A DNA stretch of 64,000 bases from an uncultured Burkholderiales bacterium (GCA_964620355.1 CAZUIT010000001.1:57563-121562); one strand, 5' to 3'. Shown: positions 49,420-58,680, numbered from the stretch's first letter. The notes: a model not told the origin generated them from the sequence alone. Numbers and translations are program-made.

Positions 49420-50361
49420 CTACTCTATTATCGAAATACGAAGACAATCTATTCGATTTACATATTGAAATGCCAAGAAATGCGGAGGCTCCTTCAAATC
49501 AATCTTTAATCTATATGAAACGTTTTCATTGGGCAGGAGCACGTTTTCAATCATCCGGTCTGCTATCGTAAACTGATAGGGTTTATATCTTTGCTTATAG
49601 CCGCCCACTTTTGTTTCCCAGATAAACTCATTTCTATTGGAACTGTCTGAAATACTGACATAAAGCGTGTCATTCGATTGCCAATAATGTTCGGGGTTTA
49701 GGTCCTTTAAATTGTATTCGATTGTTCGGCCATATAAATTAGGAACCCGAATTGGTGTCGTGGTCAAATTCGAAAAAGACATGGTCAAGTTTTTACCTTT
49801 CAAAAAGGCGCTATCCAAGGAATAACTTGTTCTCTTTTCATACAGGTTATAGCCATTTAGATGATTTCCTTTTTTATCATCAAACCACATATACACGCAG
49901 TTCCCTTTATAATACACATAATAACTTTTTCCCTTTTTGTACGACCGTTCATCTCGCGTATTCCAGTGAATGCCATGGAGGTATCCGTCTCTAATATTCC
50001 AATAACCATTTAACCAAAAGCGCAGACCTGAATAGCCTTCCGAATAAAAAAACGGCTTGCCTTCAATTGGATATACATGCTCCATGCTGACAGCTGATTT
50101 TATTCCCATGCTATAGATGAATACCGAGTCAATCTTCCCGGAATCACCAAAATGAAAGGAGGGCCCTTCCTTGAAATCATTCACATAAAAGCTGACTTCC
50201 TTGATGCAATCACCCTGTGAATCTATCCATAACCCAACCTTCTGACCTTGCGCATTTTTGGTATTAACCGGATTAAAATCATTGGCTTGTGCACGCATGC
50301 TAAGGGAATAAATACCCAATAGGAGAAGCAGGCTATATCCAATCGCACTCAACATTTTCAT
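49420..50361 (-). CDS. secreted hypothetical protein (possible MORN-like repeats)
   Basis: It has the signal peptide MKMLSAIGYSLLLLLGIYSLSMRAQA. The region is AT-rich. Confidence 0.45.
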   Translation of the reverse strand: MKMLSAIGYSLLLLLGIYSLSMRAQANDFNPVNTKNAQGQKVGLWIDSQGDCIKEVSFYVNDFKEGPSFHFGDSGKIDSVFIYSMGIKSAVSMEHVYPIEGKPFFYSEGYSGLRFWLNGYWNIRDGYLHGIHWNTRDERSYKKGKSYYVYYKGNCVYMWFDDKKGNHLNGYNLYEKRTSYSLDSAFLKGKNLTMSFSNLTTTPIRVPNLYGRTIEYNLKDLNPEHYWQSNDTLYVSISDSSNRNEFIWETKVGGYKQRYKPYQFTIADRMIENVLLPNENVSYRLKIDLKEPPHFLAFQYVNRIDCLRISIIE

Positions 50362-50550
50362 AATACTTGCTCGACAATAAAGGTACCTATTCATTGAATA
50401 TCTCTAATTCAAGGGTAACGTTTCAACCTTCACCAAGAATGGACGTGTTTTCGCAAGTGGCGAAACAGAGGTGCAAACAAATTTTGGAAAGCTATATTTC
50501 AGGTTCTGTGCAGACTTCAATCCATTCTTATTCCCATTTCACATACAGAG

Positions 50551-51156
50551 CTAATGGTTACAATAATTTTCTTCAATGCCCATTGGCCCAGGAACAATGA
50601 TTAATTGCTCTTTCATGTTAATAGGAATTCGAATATGGTGCATCCCGACATGAAGGTCAGAAATCATGCATTTAAAAAGCAAATAACGATCACATTTTTG
50701 TTCAAATAAACGATACAAATTCTCGTTGTCTGAATTGAGCTGGGTTGAATTGCAAGACAATTGATAACGCTGAAAATAACTGCCAAGAAACAAATTCAAT
50801 CCAATTTCGAAATAGATGCTATCCCCATTCAGGTAGTCAAAAAATCTCTTGGACATGCTATCATTCTTGCAAGAGCTTGTATTCTTAAAATACTCACTCA
50901 TAAAGTTTAGCAATTCCTCAGGGAGTTTCTTAGGAGAAAAGAAACCTACTTCATATCCATCCATAAACGAAGTGAAATTGTATTTGATTCGGTAAGTGTA
51001 CATAGGACTATCATAATAAATCGTGTCAAGGACTTCAAAAGACTTCTCGCTTTTTAGCAGTGAATCATAGGTGCTATTCTCATAATCAAATTGTTGAGCT
51101 TGGCTAAAAACGGGAACCACTAAAAGCATCAATATGACAATAATTATTCTCGGCAT
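50551..51156 (-). CDS. secreted hypothetical protein
   Basis: It has the signal peptide MPRIIIVILMLLVVPVFSQA. The region is AT-rich. Confidence 0.45.
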   Translation of the reverse strand: MPRIIIVILMLLVVPVFSQAQQFDYENSTYDSLLKSEKSFEVLDTIYYDSPMYTYRIKYNFTSFMDGYEVGFFSPKKLPEELLNFMSEYFKNTSSCKNDSMSKRFFDYLNGDSIYFEIGLNLFLGSYFQRYQLSCNSTQLNSDNENLYRLFEQKCDRYLLFKCMISDLHVGMHHIRIPINMKEQLIIVPGPMGIEENYCNH

Positions 51157-51222
51157 TTTACTTTTTCTGCACAGGCAAGATGGCTTTACAAGCTCCTATA
51201 TACAACGGGATTAACCCTGTTT

Positions 51223-51660
51223 TTAGTTGATGACACTATAATAGGTATCGCTAATTACCCCGTCCTTCATTCTTAGCTCTAGAACCATTCCCCCATATTC
51301 AAAAGGAGAATACCCTTCATCTCGATATTCACAGAAATCGGTGGAAATAAAATATATCCAGTTGCCGGCCCCTCGAACTGAGCTTCCACTGGAATCGAAT
51401 GGGGGTCCGATGGTTTCAATCACTTTCAAGGCAGTTTCACCTAGCAGCAAAGTGTCTATAGGCAAAGCCTTTCTTAAGCCTAAACATCCAAAAGTATCTA
51501 TTTTCCAATTGGTACTTACCTCTTCGGAGATGAAGCTGGCATTTTCGGACCTCGTCGATTCATTCTGTGTAAAAACCGAACAGCTGGAAAACAAAAAGAG
51601 GACAATTAATAAAATAGATTGCTTCTTACCCATGAGAATTAATAATTTCCTTGAACTCAC
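51223..51660 (-). CDS. hypothetical lipoprotein
   Basis: It has a lipobox-like LFLFSSCS. An alternative start lies at 51633. Confidence 0.45.
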   Translation of the reverse strand: MSSRKLLILMGKKQSILLIVLFLFSSCSVFTQNESTRSENASFISEEVSTNWKIDTFGCLGLRKALPIDTLLLGETALKVIETIGPPFDSSGSSVRGAGNWIYFISTDFCEYRDEGYSPFEYGGMVLELRMKDGVISDTYYSVIN

Positions 51661-52033
51661 TTTCTGACCAACTTTTTAGAGGTGTTCTTAAAATAACCTC
51701 ACCATTTCGTATTCGAAGAAGATATTCGTCATGAATTACATAGGAGGAATTTTGTTTATAATTACAAACGCAAACTATCCTATTTGAAGCCATCATCACC
51801 TTCCGCTTGTTTTCGTAATTGACAACACGGTTATTTAAAAAGTCGTTATGGACAATATCAAGTGTATCAATACTATCTCCTTCGGGATTTGCTGCGATCA
51901 ATAGTGTATCCTCGCCTTTATAAACTGAATCTATACGCACTGCTGGAGAAGAGCCCTTCGGCACGCCAAACACGATTTGCCAATTGAACGACACAAGCAT
52001 TAAAAATAAAAGCCCAATGTGATTTAAGTTCAT
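51626..52033 (-). CDS. secreted hypothetical protein
   Basis: I chose ATG 52033 (MNLNHIGLLFLMLVSFNWQIVFG, a signal peptide). A longer ORF extends to 52165. Confidence 0.4.
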   Translation of the reverse strand: MNLNHIGLLFLMLVSFNWQIVFGVPKGSSPAVRIDSVYKGEDTLLIAANPEGDSIDTLDIVHNDFLNNRVVNYENKRKVMMASNRIVCVCNYKQNSSYVIHDEYLLRIRNGEVILRTPLKSWSESEFKEIINSHG

Positions 52034-52194
52034 CCGTCTTCCAAAATGGGGATTTGAATCAGAAGTTTTGTTCAGAACGAACCAAAGACGACTGTTAGCA
52101 TACCCCGACCACTCTTTTACTTCGCAGCCGCGTGGCGTCTTGTAAACCTTGGCGCGTATCTCCACAATAAGCCAATGTTTAGCGCGGCTCAGAA

Positions 52195-52868
52195 TTACCT
52201 CTTCCCTTTCCCTTGATGCCCTTTTCCATTATGACCTGGCTTTGATTTACCGTGTCCTGGCTTATGTCCCTTTGATCTATTGTGGTTTTGTTGATGATAG
52301 TCGGGACCTCTATGTTTTCTTCCTCTTTTTAGAAAAATGCCCGACTTTTTAAAATCTAAGCCCATCATATAAATCCAATCTTGGTGAGCGTGTTTAGCCT
52401 GACCGAGATGGAGACCGTTATCATGACGGTTATAATCCATGCGCTCTCCCCGTTGAATGCGACGAGGTTCAACCCCTACAACCTGGAGCATAACAAAGCC
52501 AGACTCAACTTCTACCACCACCCCAGTTACTGAAGCCGACATAAAAAATTCCGTACCTTCTACAGTCACTTCTTCGCCACTTTCTGTTTCTATCACAAAA
52601 GGTGTTTCTCCCTCATTGACACTGAAAAATGCCTCGCCCTTTAATTTTAGGTTCGAGGATTAAAACTCTCGTCATAGGTAAGACTGCTATTATGGCTAAG
52701 GTAAACAATGGAGCTATCCGGCAACTCAACTTGTTCAAAATTCTCGGCCGTTTCAACCCTAACCTGACCGCAGGCGCTCAACACTAAGGCCGCAGCCACT
52801 GCGAGAATGAATCTAGTTTTTATCATGAATAGGTTTTGAAAAGGTGAATGACTGCGAATCAGCCCCAA
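52195..52868 (-). pseudogene. FecR-domain lipoprotein with His/Gly/Lys-rich tail, interrupted by a frameshift near 52647-52652
   Basis: ORF 52647-52868 has a lipoprotein signal plus ELPDSSIVYLSHNSSLTYDESFNPRT (the FecR LPDGS.V.LN..S.L motif) and then a stop. The FecR domain continues in another frame (LKLKGEAFFSVNEGETPFVIETESGEEVTVEGTEFFMSA) through to ..HKPGHGKSKPGHNGKGHQGKGKR. A 1-nt indel at a CC/GG run restores T-L-K-L-K. Confidence 0.55.
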
Positions 52869-52974
52869 TTATTCTAAGAAGGTAGAGCTATAAGATCAGC
52901 ATACCTGTATTAAGCAAGCCAAAAGGGATCTAGAAATCAGACTCTTGGATTTGTTACTTGCTTTATTTGAAAGT

Positions 52975-54135
52975 TCAAGATAATAAGCGCCCTAAAAGTA
53001 CTTCCCCTCTTTTTCGAATAAACTTGGAAGCACCTATCACCGACACAAAAGAATCGAGCATCCAATTATGTTTGGAGAACCATTTTTCAACACGCTTACG
53101 TTTTCGAATCAGGGAGCCAAACTTTTTCTCAATTTCCTGGTTATAGCCTTTCATAAATGAATCGGAAAAACACTCCTTTTCAAGGCATTTTTGTGCAAAG
53201 AAACCAGCGATTCTACCGGAAGACATGGCGGGGCCAATACCTTCTCCTGTGGCTGGGTCGGGCAAGGAGGCGGCATCTCCGCAAAGCATAAACCGATCTC
53301 CGGAAAGTATAGAATTTTCAAAATCAACCGGAATGCTCCAGCCTTTAATATCGCCCTCTAAACTTGCCTTCGCGAATCTCGCTTTCAATTCGGGTATCTC
53401 TGCTACCATGTCGAGCATCAGCTTTTTTACATCTAACTTTCTTTCGGAAACCAGATGCGAAAACGTTCCAAAACCAATGTTCACCTTTCCACCTTCAGAT
53501 GGAAAAAGCCAAAAATATCCATTGGGGTGTTTTTTTGAATAATATACTTCAAAGCGTTCTTGGTCTGTACCCGTAACTCCAGAATAGTAGGCACGAACTG
53601 TGGCCCACTTTTTTTCTTCCTTGACTTTGAAATCAGTCAAGGCACGTCGTACAGCAGACATTGCACCGTCGCAGCCAATGACTAGTTTAGCTTTATAGAT
53701 TCTCGTATCAGTTTGGACCTCAGCATAATCCGCATATACTTTTACATCTTTTATTGAGGTATTATTGGCATAGTCAACATTGGGTAAGCTATTGGCCTGC
53801 TCATACAAAAAGGTGTCAAAATTATAGCGGGTGGAGACATAAAAATGTTCGTTTAATTCTACCTCAACCGAGGTACCATTATAGGAACGAAGAAATATTT
53901 TAGTAATGGATGATTTTGCAGGAAATGCCTCAAATGCCTCTTTAAAACTCGGGGAAATTCGATTCAAAATTTTTGGGATATAAGGCGCTATGCCGTCTCC
54001 ACATACTTTCTCTCTTGGAAACGAAGTCTTATCAATCACCAGCACCCGGGCATTTGTATCCTTAAAGGTCATGGCGCAGGTACTTCCCGCAGGTCCGCCG
54101 CCACAAATAATGATATCATAATCTACTCCGTCCAT
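52975..54135 (-). CDS. geranylgeranyl reductase family FAD-dependent oxidoreductase
   Basis: The N-terminus DYDIIICGGGPAGSTCA is an FAD GxGxxG motif. The C-terminus GDAASLPDPATGEGI is a second FAD motif typical of the GGR family. Confidence 0.75.
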   Translation of the reverse strand: MDGVDYDIIICGGGPAGSTCAMTFKDTNARVLVIDKTSFPREKVCGDGIAPYIPKILNRISPSFKEAFEAFPAKSSITKIFLRSYNGTSVEVELNEHFYVSTRYNFDTFLYEQANSLPNVDYANNTSIKDVKVYADYAEVQTDTRIYKAKLVIGCDGAMSAVRRALTDFKVKEEKKWATVRAYYSGVTGTDQERFEVYYSKKHPNGYFWLFPSEGGKVNIGFGTFSHLVSERKLDVKKLMLDMVAEIPELKARFAKASLEGDIKGWSIPVDFENSILSGDRFMLCGDAASLPDPATGEGIGPAMSSGRIAGFFAQKCLEKECFSDSFMKGYNQEIEKKFGSLIRKRKRVEKWFSKHNWMLDSFVSVIGASKFIRKRGEVLLGRLLS

Positions 54136-54182
54136 ACTTTGTCAATCCATTGTTTGTGTTGCTTTGAAGCACAAAAATAATC

Positions 54183-55175
54183 CTAATTCGATTTGCGATG
54201 GAAACCCTTCCAATAATACCTTAAGCTGCGCCAAATATTCGCAGGATGCTCCATATCGCATATAAGTGCCTTACGGGCATACTTTTTTACGTCAAATTTT
54301 CCGTCGTTTTTATCTTGTAACTCAGCAAACTGATCTAAACAAACAAAAGTAGGAGCAATGAAAAAACGCAGGTACTTTTCAAATTTCTTTCGATGGATTA
54401 ATGCATATTCCAATTGATTAAATCGAGAAAGCGTTTGCTCATAAATTGAGTAAAATAGGTGCCTCAGACTTTTTATATCATCTGTGCTAGTTGGCAGTGT
54501 TGAAATGGAGGCCATTGCATCTTTATGCATATCGAAGATATCGTCCATCAATTGAATCAATTGTCCAAGAAGAAATACCGCTTCGGACTCTTCCTTTTGC
54601 ATTTTCTGCGCCATTGCTCCACGCAAGAAAAGCAGCGAATACCCCCCTTTCTTTGTTGTAATATCAAAGATCTCTTCCGTCCGCAAAGTAGACTCAAACT
54701 GTTGTAGACTTTCGTCCTGACTTTCCCCCGCCTTCTCTAAATACTTCCAAAACAAATCCGAATCAGCATAATGGGCAATAGCTTGCTTATAGAAATATAC
54801 GAACAACTGTTCTTTAGGTGTGCATTCTTCTCGCTCTTTTGCAAGCAGCGTCATGATTTGTTCATGATTCAATCCATCATCATCATTATAATCATCGTAC
54901 ATAGGAATGAATCCGGATAAATACAAGGCCACTTTTCTTTCTGAGCGAGTTAAGTGTTTGCCCCGCAATACCCCGAACCAGCCGAAGATGTAATGGATAT
55001 TGAGGATGTATTTGCTGATTCGTTTGTAGAGAATAGTCTGCTCGGACTCACTCATTTGCTGAAGAAATGGCTTGAGTTCACGGAAAAATGAACGGTGTAC
55101 ATGCCAGCTTTTTTGATAGGCATAGCGCACCAAAACAGGACGAACATGAGCCAATAAAGTAAGCAAGCGCTGCAT
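54183..55175 (-). CDS. hypothetical alpha-helical protein with two Asp-rich DDxxD-like motifs (terpene/isoprenoid synthase-like?)
   Basis: YDDYNDDD lies around residue 95 and LMDDIFDMHKD around residue 210. This spacing resembles the Mg-binding motifs of class I isoprenoid synthases. It has no TM segment or signal peptide. Confidence 0.3.
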   Translation of the reverse strand: MQRLLTLLAHVRPVLVRYAYQKSWHVHRSFFRELKPFLQQMSESEQTILYKRISKYILNIHYIFGWFGVLRGKHLTRSERKVALYLSGFIPMYDDYNDDDGLNHEQIMTLLAKEREECTPKEQLFVYFYKQAIAHYADSDLFWKYLEKAGESQDESLQQFESTLRTEEIFDITTKKGGYSLLFLRGAMAQKMQKEESEAVFLLGQLIQLMDDIFDMHKDAMASISTLPTSTDDIKSLRHLFYSIYEQTLSRFNQLEYALIHRKKFEKYLRFFIAPTFVCLDQFAELQDKNDGKFDVKKYARKALICDMEHPANIWRSLRYYWKGFHRKSN

Positions 55176-55332
55176 CGGACAAATATGCGCTTTTTTAAAG
55201 AAACCATACCCGCATCAAGTTCGTAATGAAACAGCCTTGTTTTACTTTTCGACTTATTCAGCTGGCTTCGGCGGACATGGATTCCCTCACACTAAAATTT
55301 CCCTTGTTTTTACCTAATTTCGCAGCCCAAAT

Positions 55333-55404
55333 GGTCCCGTAGTTCAACGGATAGAATAAGCGTTTCCTAAACGTTTGATCCAGGTTCGATTCCCGGCGGG
55401 ACCA
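55333..55404 (+). tRNA. tRNA-Arg (anticodon CCT)
   Basis: The acceptor stem is GGTCCCG paired with CGGGACC. The anticodon loop is TTCCTAA with U33 and A37, and the T-loop is GGTTCGATTCC. CCA is not encoded. Confidence 0.85.
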
Positions 55405-55412
55405 CAACAAAA

Positions 55413-55448
55413 AAGAGGAAGGTGCTCCATTGAACGCCTTCCTCTTTT
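55413..55448. terminator. bidirectional rho-independent terminator between tRNA-Arg and convergent gene
   Basis: AAGAGGAAGG pairs with CCTTCCTCTT across a 14-nt loop. An A6 run precedes it (T-tract for the minus strand) and TTTT follows it (plus strand). Confidence 0.55.
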
Positions 55449-55464
55449 GCTATTGATACTTTTT

Positions 55465-56382
55465 CTATTTCACGAAGCGCTTGGTAATAACGCCAGCACT
55501 TGTTTCAATTTTGATCAAGTAAAGGCCGCTACTCAAGGCCGTTGTGTTCACCGTTTGGTCGTTTCCAATACTTGTTTCAGCGTGAATGAGTTGTCCGCTG
55601 AAATTATAAATTTCAATACCTTCTACCTCTAAATCCGTATGGATATTCAGCTGATTTCCTACCGGGTTTGGATACAATGACACTTGTGTTTCCAAAGCAG
55701 CATTTGCAGTTCCGTTTGGGAAGCCTGGAGTAAACACATAAATCGTGTTCACGGAAGGATTTTTTGTTAGTCCAGTAGCATTGTCGATATCGTAGTTTGG
55801 AGTAGCGCTCGCGGGATCACCATCGAGAACAATGCCTTTTACTCCATCCTCGTCATTGATAAAAGGGAAAATATCAATCTCCGCCAGGGCACCTTCACCA
55901 ATAAATGATGAACCAATATGGAACTCGATGATATTGCTTCCTTCATAATACCATACTTGGTAATTGGCAAAATCATTCGGGAAAGAATCAACAATTTCAT
56001 AGAATGAAATATTTGGCCATTGAACTTTTAAAATGCGCTCATTTCCTGTTCCGTCTACTCGATACGTTACGGGAGATTGGTCTGCTCCACGGCTTACCGC
56101 ATCCGCACCACTTGGGCTCAGGTAATCGTCTCCGTCTTCCCAAAAATAACAACCATCATCGGCAATAATGATAGAATCGACAGATTTACCAAAGACCTTA
56201 AAAGGAAAAGGCATGGCAATCGCGGTTTCAAAATCATCCCATTCTGATGGCGACACAACGGTACCATTGGTCATTTCCGTATAGTTAGCTGAACGCTGGC
56301 TAAAGGAATAATGATTTTGCGCCACCACAGTCATGGCAGAGCTCATCACACAAAATAAGAGTAATAGTTTCTTCATTCCCAA
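55465..56382 (-). CDS. secreted hypothetical protein with T9SS C-terminal sorting domain
   Basis: It has the signal peptide MGMKKLLLLFCVMSSAMTVVAQ. The C-terminus SLYPNPVGNQLNIHT...GLYLIKIE is a T9SS CTD. Confidence 0.65.
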   Translation of the reverse strand: MGMKKLLLLFCVMSSAMTVVAQNHYSFSQRSANYTEMTNGTVVSPSEWDDFETAIAMPFPFKVFGKSVDSIIIADDGCYFWEDGDDYLSPSGADAVSRGADQSPVTYRVDGTGNERILKVQWPNISFYEIVDSFPNDFANYQVWYYEGSNIIEFHIGSSFIGEGALAEIDIFPFINDEDGVKGIVLDGDPASATPNYDIDNATGLTKNPSVNTIYVFTPGFPNGTANAALETQVSLYPNPVGNQLNIHTDLEVEGIEIYNFSGQLIHAETSIGNDQTVNTTALSSGLYLIKIETSAGVITKRFVK

Positions 56383-56468
56383 ATATAATGGAAGCTTTAG
56401 AACATGATGCGTTATTCAAAAAAAATCTGAGCAGGTAGGGTAGCGCCTAGTTTGTGTGTTCTTAAATT

Positions 56469-57185
56469 ATGAAAACGAAATATGCCTTTATTATTGGACT
56501 ACTTACCTTGGCTACTTTGAGTTCTTGCAGCAAGCAAAAATACCAGAGAGGTAGCGGATCCATTGTCAGTGAAATTCGCCAACTTCAAGGATTTGATGCC
56601 GTGGAACTTAACCATTCTGCTGAGGTTATCTTGTACCAAGACAGCGTATTTTTTGTCGAAGTAAGGGATTATCAAAACATTGTTGGATATATAGAAACGG
56701 TAATTGTTGGCAACAAGCTAGTCATTGGAATTGAAAAACATACCTATTTAAGAAACTCTCAAGCTCAGGTAATTATTCATTTGCCAAGACTTAGTAGTCT
56801 GATTCTGAAAGGCAGTGGTAAAATGGAAACAATTGGAAGTTTTGAGGGATTCAGAAATGCAGAAATTAGCGGATCAGGTAAAATTATTGCCCATGGAGTG
56901 CACACAAATGGCATCATGAATTTTCGCATTTCCGGCTCTGGGGAAATCCGCGCAAATGGAAGCTGTTCTGTTCTAGAGGCAAATATTTCTGGTTCCGGCA
57001 ACGGTCATTTATTCAACCTTTTGGCCGACACGGTATTTGCTGACATAAGTGGGTCGGGAAGCTTAAATATTTACGCAAAGGAACTAATCGACGCAAGTAT
57101 CTCTGGAAGTGGCCACATTGCGTATATGGGGTCTCCAATAATTCGATCCACCATAACTGGAAGCGGAAAAATTCAACCAAAATAA
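56469..57185 (+). CDS. DUF2807 / GIN-domain (putative auto-transporter adhesin head-like) lipoprotein
   Basis: It has a lipoprotein signal (LSSCS). Repeated (I/L)SGSG motifs (GSGKI, ISGSGE, ISGSGN, ISGSGS, ISGSGH) are typical of DUF2807 beta-helix proteins. Confidence 0.6.
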   Translation: MKTKYAFIIGLLTLATLSSCSKQKYQRGSGSIVSEIRQLQGFDAVELNHSAEVILYQDSVFFVEVRDYQNIVGYIETVIVGNKLVIGIEKHTYLRNSQAQVIIHLPRLSSLILKGSGKMETIGSFEGFRNAEISGSGKIIAHGVHTNGIMNFRISGSGEIRANGSCSVLEANISGSGNGHLFNLLADTVFADISGSGSLNIYAKELIDASISGSGHIAYMGSPIIRSTITGSGKIQPK

Positions 57186-57287
57186 AATTCCCTTTCTTAC
57201 TGAGGAGCATCGGTCTCTTTTTTTTGGTAAAATGCGCAGACTTAGTTTTTTCAGGATAATTTGCGCCTACTTCGTTGAGATGAAAAA

Positions 57288-58100
57288 ATGAACCTGAGCC
57301 CTCCTGATTTAATTAGCCTTTACGATGCCATTGAGAAACACGCTGGAGTGAGCTTTCATAACTATGCCCCTGCTTCCATACAAAGAAGAGTTGAGCGTTT
57401 CTTACAATTGAAACATCAAAGTTTAGAAGGGGCACTAAGAAAATTAAAACAAGACCCGAGCTTTGGAGAAGAGATGGTTGAGGAGATTACCGTTAACGTT
57501 ACAGAAATGTTTCGTGACCCGATCTTTTTCATTGCGCTACAGCGGCTTGTTTTTCCTGAATTAGCCAAACTAAAATCCATCTCTTCCTGGCATGCAGGAT
57601 GCTCTACAGGAGAAGAAGTGGTGAGCACAGCCATATTATTAAAAGAGCATGGGCTCCTTACCCATAGCAGCCTGCTCGGTACCGATATTAATAAAAGCGT
57701 CATTCAAAAAGCGCAACAAGGAACCTATGCAACTCGGCAGCTGAACAGCTACCTTGAAGCTTATCATTTAGCTGGTGGAAATGGAAACCTTCTAGATTAT
57801 TTCACAGAAAGCAAAAACTCATTTCATCTCACTCCTGAGATAAAGAGATCCTGTGCTTTTTTAAGTGGAGGCATCCTTCAAATGCCCGATCATAAAAAAT
57901 TTGACATGGTCATGTGCCGAAATACCCTCATTTATTTCGACCTTAGTATGCAAGATGAGGTGATGCGCATTATTCACCACAATTTGAATATGGGTGGCTT
58001 TTTATGTTTGGGCGAAAAAGAAACTTTACGCTTCACATCGCGCTCCTATCGGTTTAAAGAAATAGATTCAGTTCATAAAATTTACCAGAAAATTGACTGA
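57288..58100 (+). CDS. cheR: CheR-type protein-glutamate O-methyltransferase
   Basis: The motifs TEMFRDPIFF and WHAGCSTGEE match CheR. The region DMVMCRNTLIYF fits the SAM-dependent methyltransferase fold. Confidence 0.8.
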   Translation: MNLSPPDLISLYDAIEKHAGVSFHNYAPASIQRRVERFLQLKHQSLEGALRKLKQDPSFGEEMVEEITVNVTEMFRDPIFFIALQRLVFPELAKLKSISSWHAGCSTGEEVVSTAILLKEHGLLTHSSLLGTDINKSVIQKAQQGTYATRQLNSYLEAYHLAGGNGNLLDYFTESKNSFHLTPEIKRSCAFLSGGILQMPDHKKFDMVMCRNTLIYFDLSMQDEVMRIIHHNLNMGGFLCLGEKETLRFTSRSYRFKEIDSVHKIYQKID

Positions 58101-58680
58101 CTTAAAACAGCATAGTCCCGATGCTAACTCCAAGTTCGACATTCTCGCCATTGGAGGCTCTGCAGGTTCATTTCCAGCTATGATTGAATGGATAAAACAT
58201 AACCAGGGACCCTCCATCGTCTTGGTCATCCACCGCTCAAAAGACCATAAGTCAAACCTGATCCAGCTTCTACAATATTATACAGACTTCATAGTTAAAG
58301 AACCAATAGACAAGGAAAAACTACAGAAAAAACATATTTATATTGCCCCAGCCGGAAATCATATAGAATTGGATGAAGATCAAAAATGGCGCCTTTTAGA
58401 CAGCCCACCTGTTTGGCATTGTAAGCCTGCCATTGACGTGCTGTTTTCAAGTTTATCACATAACACAGCTACCCGCACTGCAGCCGTATTATTATCTGGT
58501 GCAAATGCAGATGGAGGTATTGGGCTCAAGGAGATAAAAGATGCCGGAGGCTTTACCCTATGCATGAATCCAGAGGAAGCCGAATATGCGAATATGCCAA
58601 ATGCAGCAAAAAAACAGGATGCGGTAACGCGCTATTTTGGTATCGACGAAATTAAGGGGCTTTGTGAACGTTATTTCTAG
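58093..58680 (+). CDS. cheB: CheB-type protein-glutamate methylesterase (catalytic domain only, no REC)
   Basis: The pattern ILAIGGSAGS, the His-containing VIHRSKDH and the LSGANADGG region match the CheB_methylest domain. It overlaps the cheR stop by 8 nt. Confidence 0.7.
   Translation: MTDLKQHSPDANSKFDILAIGGSAGSFPAMIEWIKHNQGPSIVLVIHRSKDHKSNLIQLLQYYTDFIVKEPIDKEKLQKKHIYIAPAGNHIELDEDQKWRLLDSPPVWHCKPAIDVLFSSLSHNTATRTAAVLLSGANADGGIGLKEIKDAGGFTLCMNPEEAEYANMPNAAKKQDAVTRYFGIDEIKGLCERYF

Noticed and set aside
49420-55404. Genomic island integrated at tRNA-Arg
   Set aside because: No integrase, no transposase and no direct repeat of the tRNA 3' end are visible. The AT-rich block lies on the 5' side of the tRNA rather than the usual 3' side.
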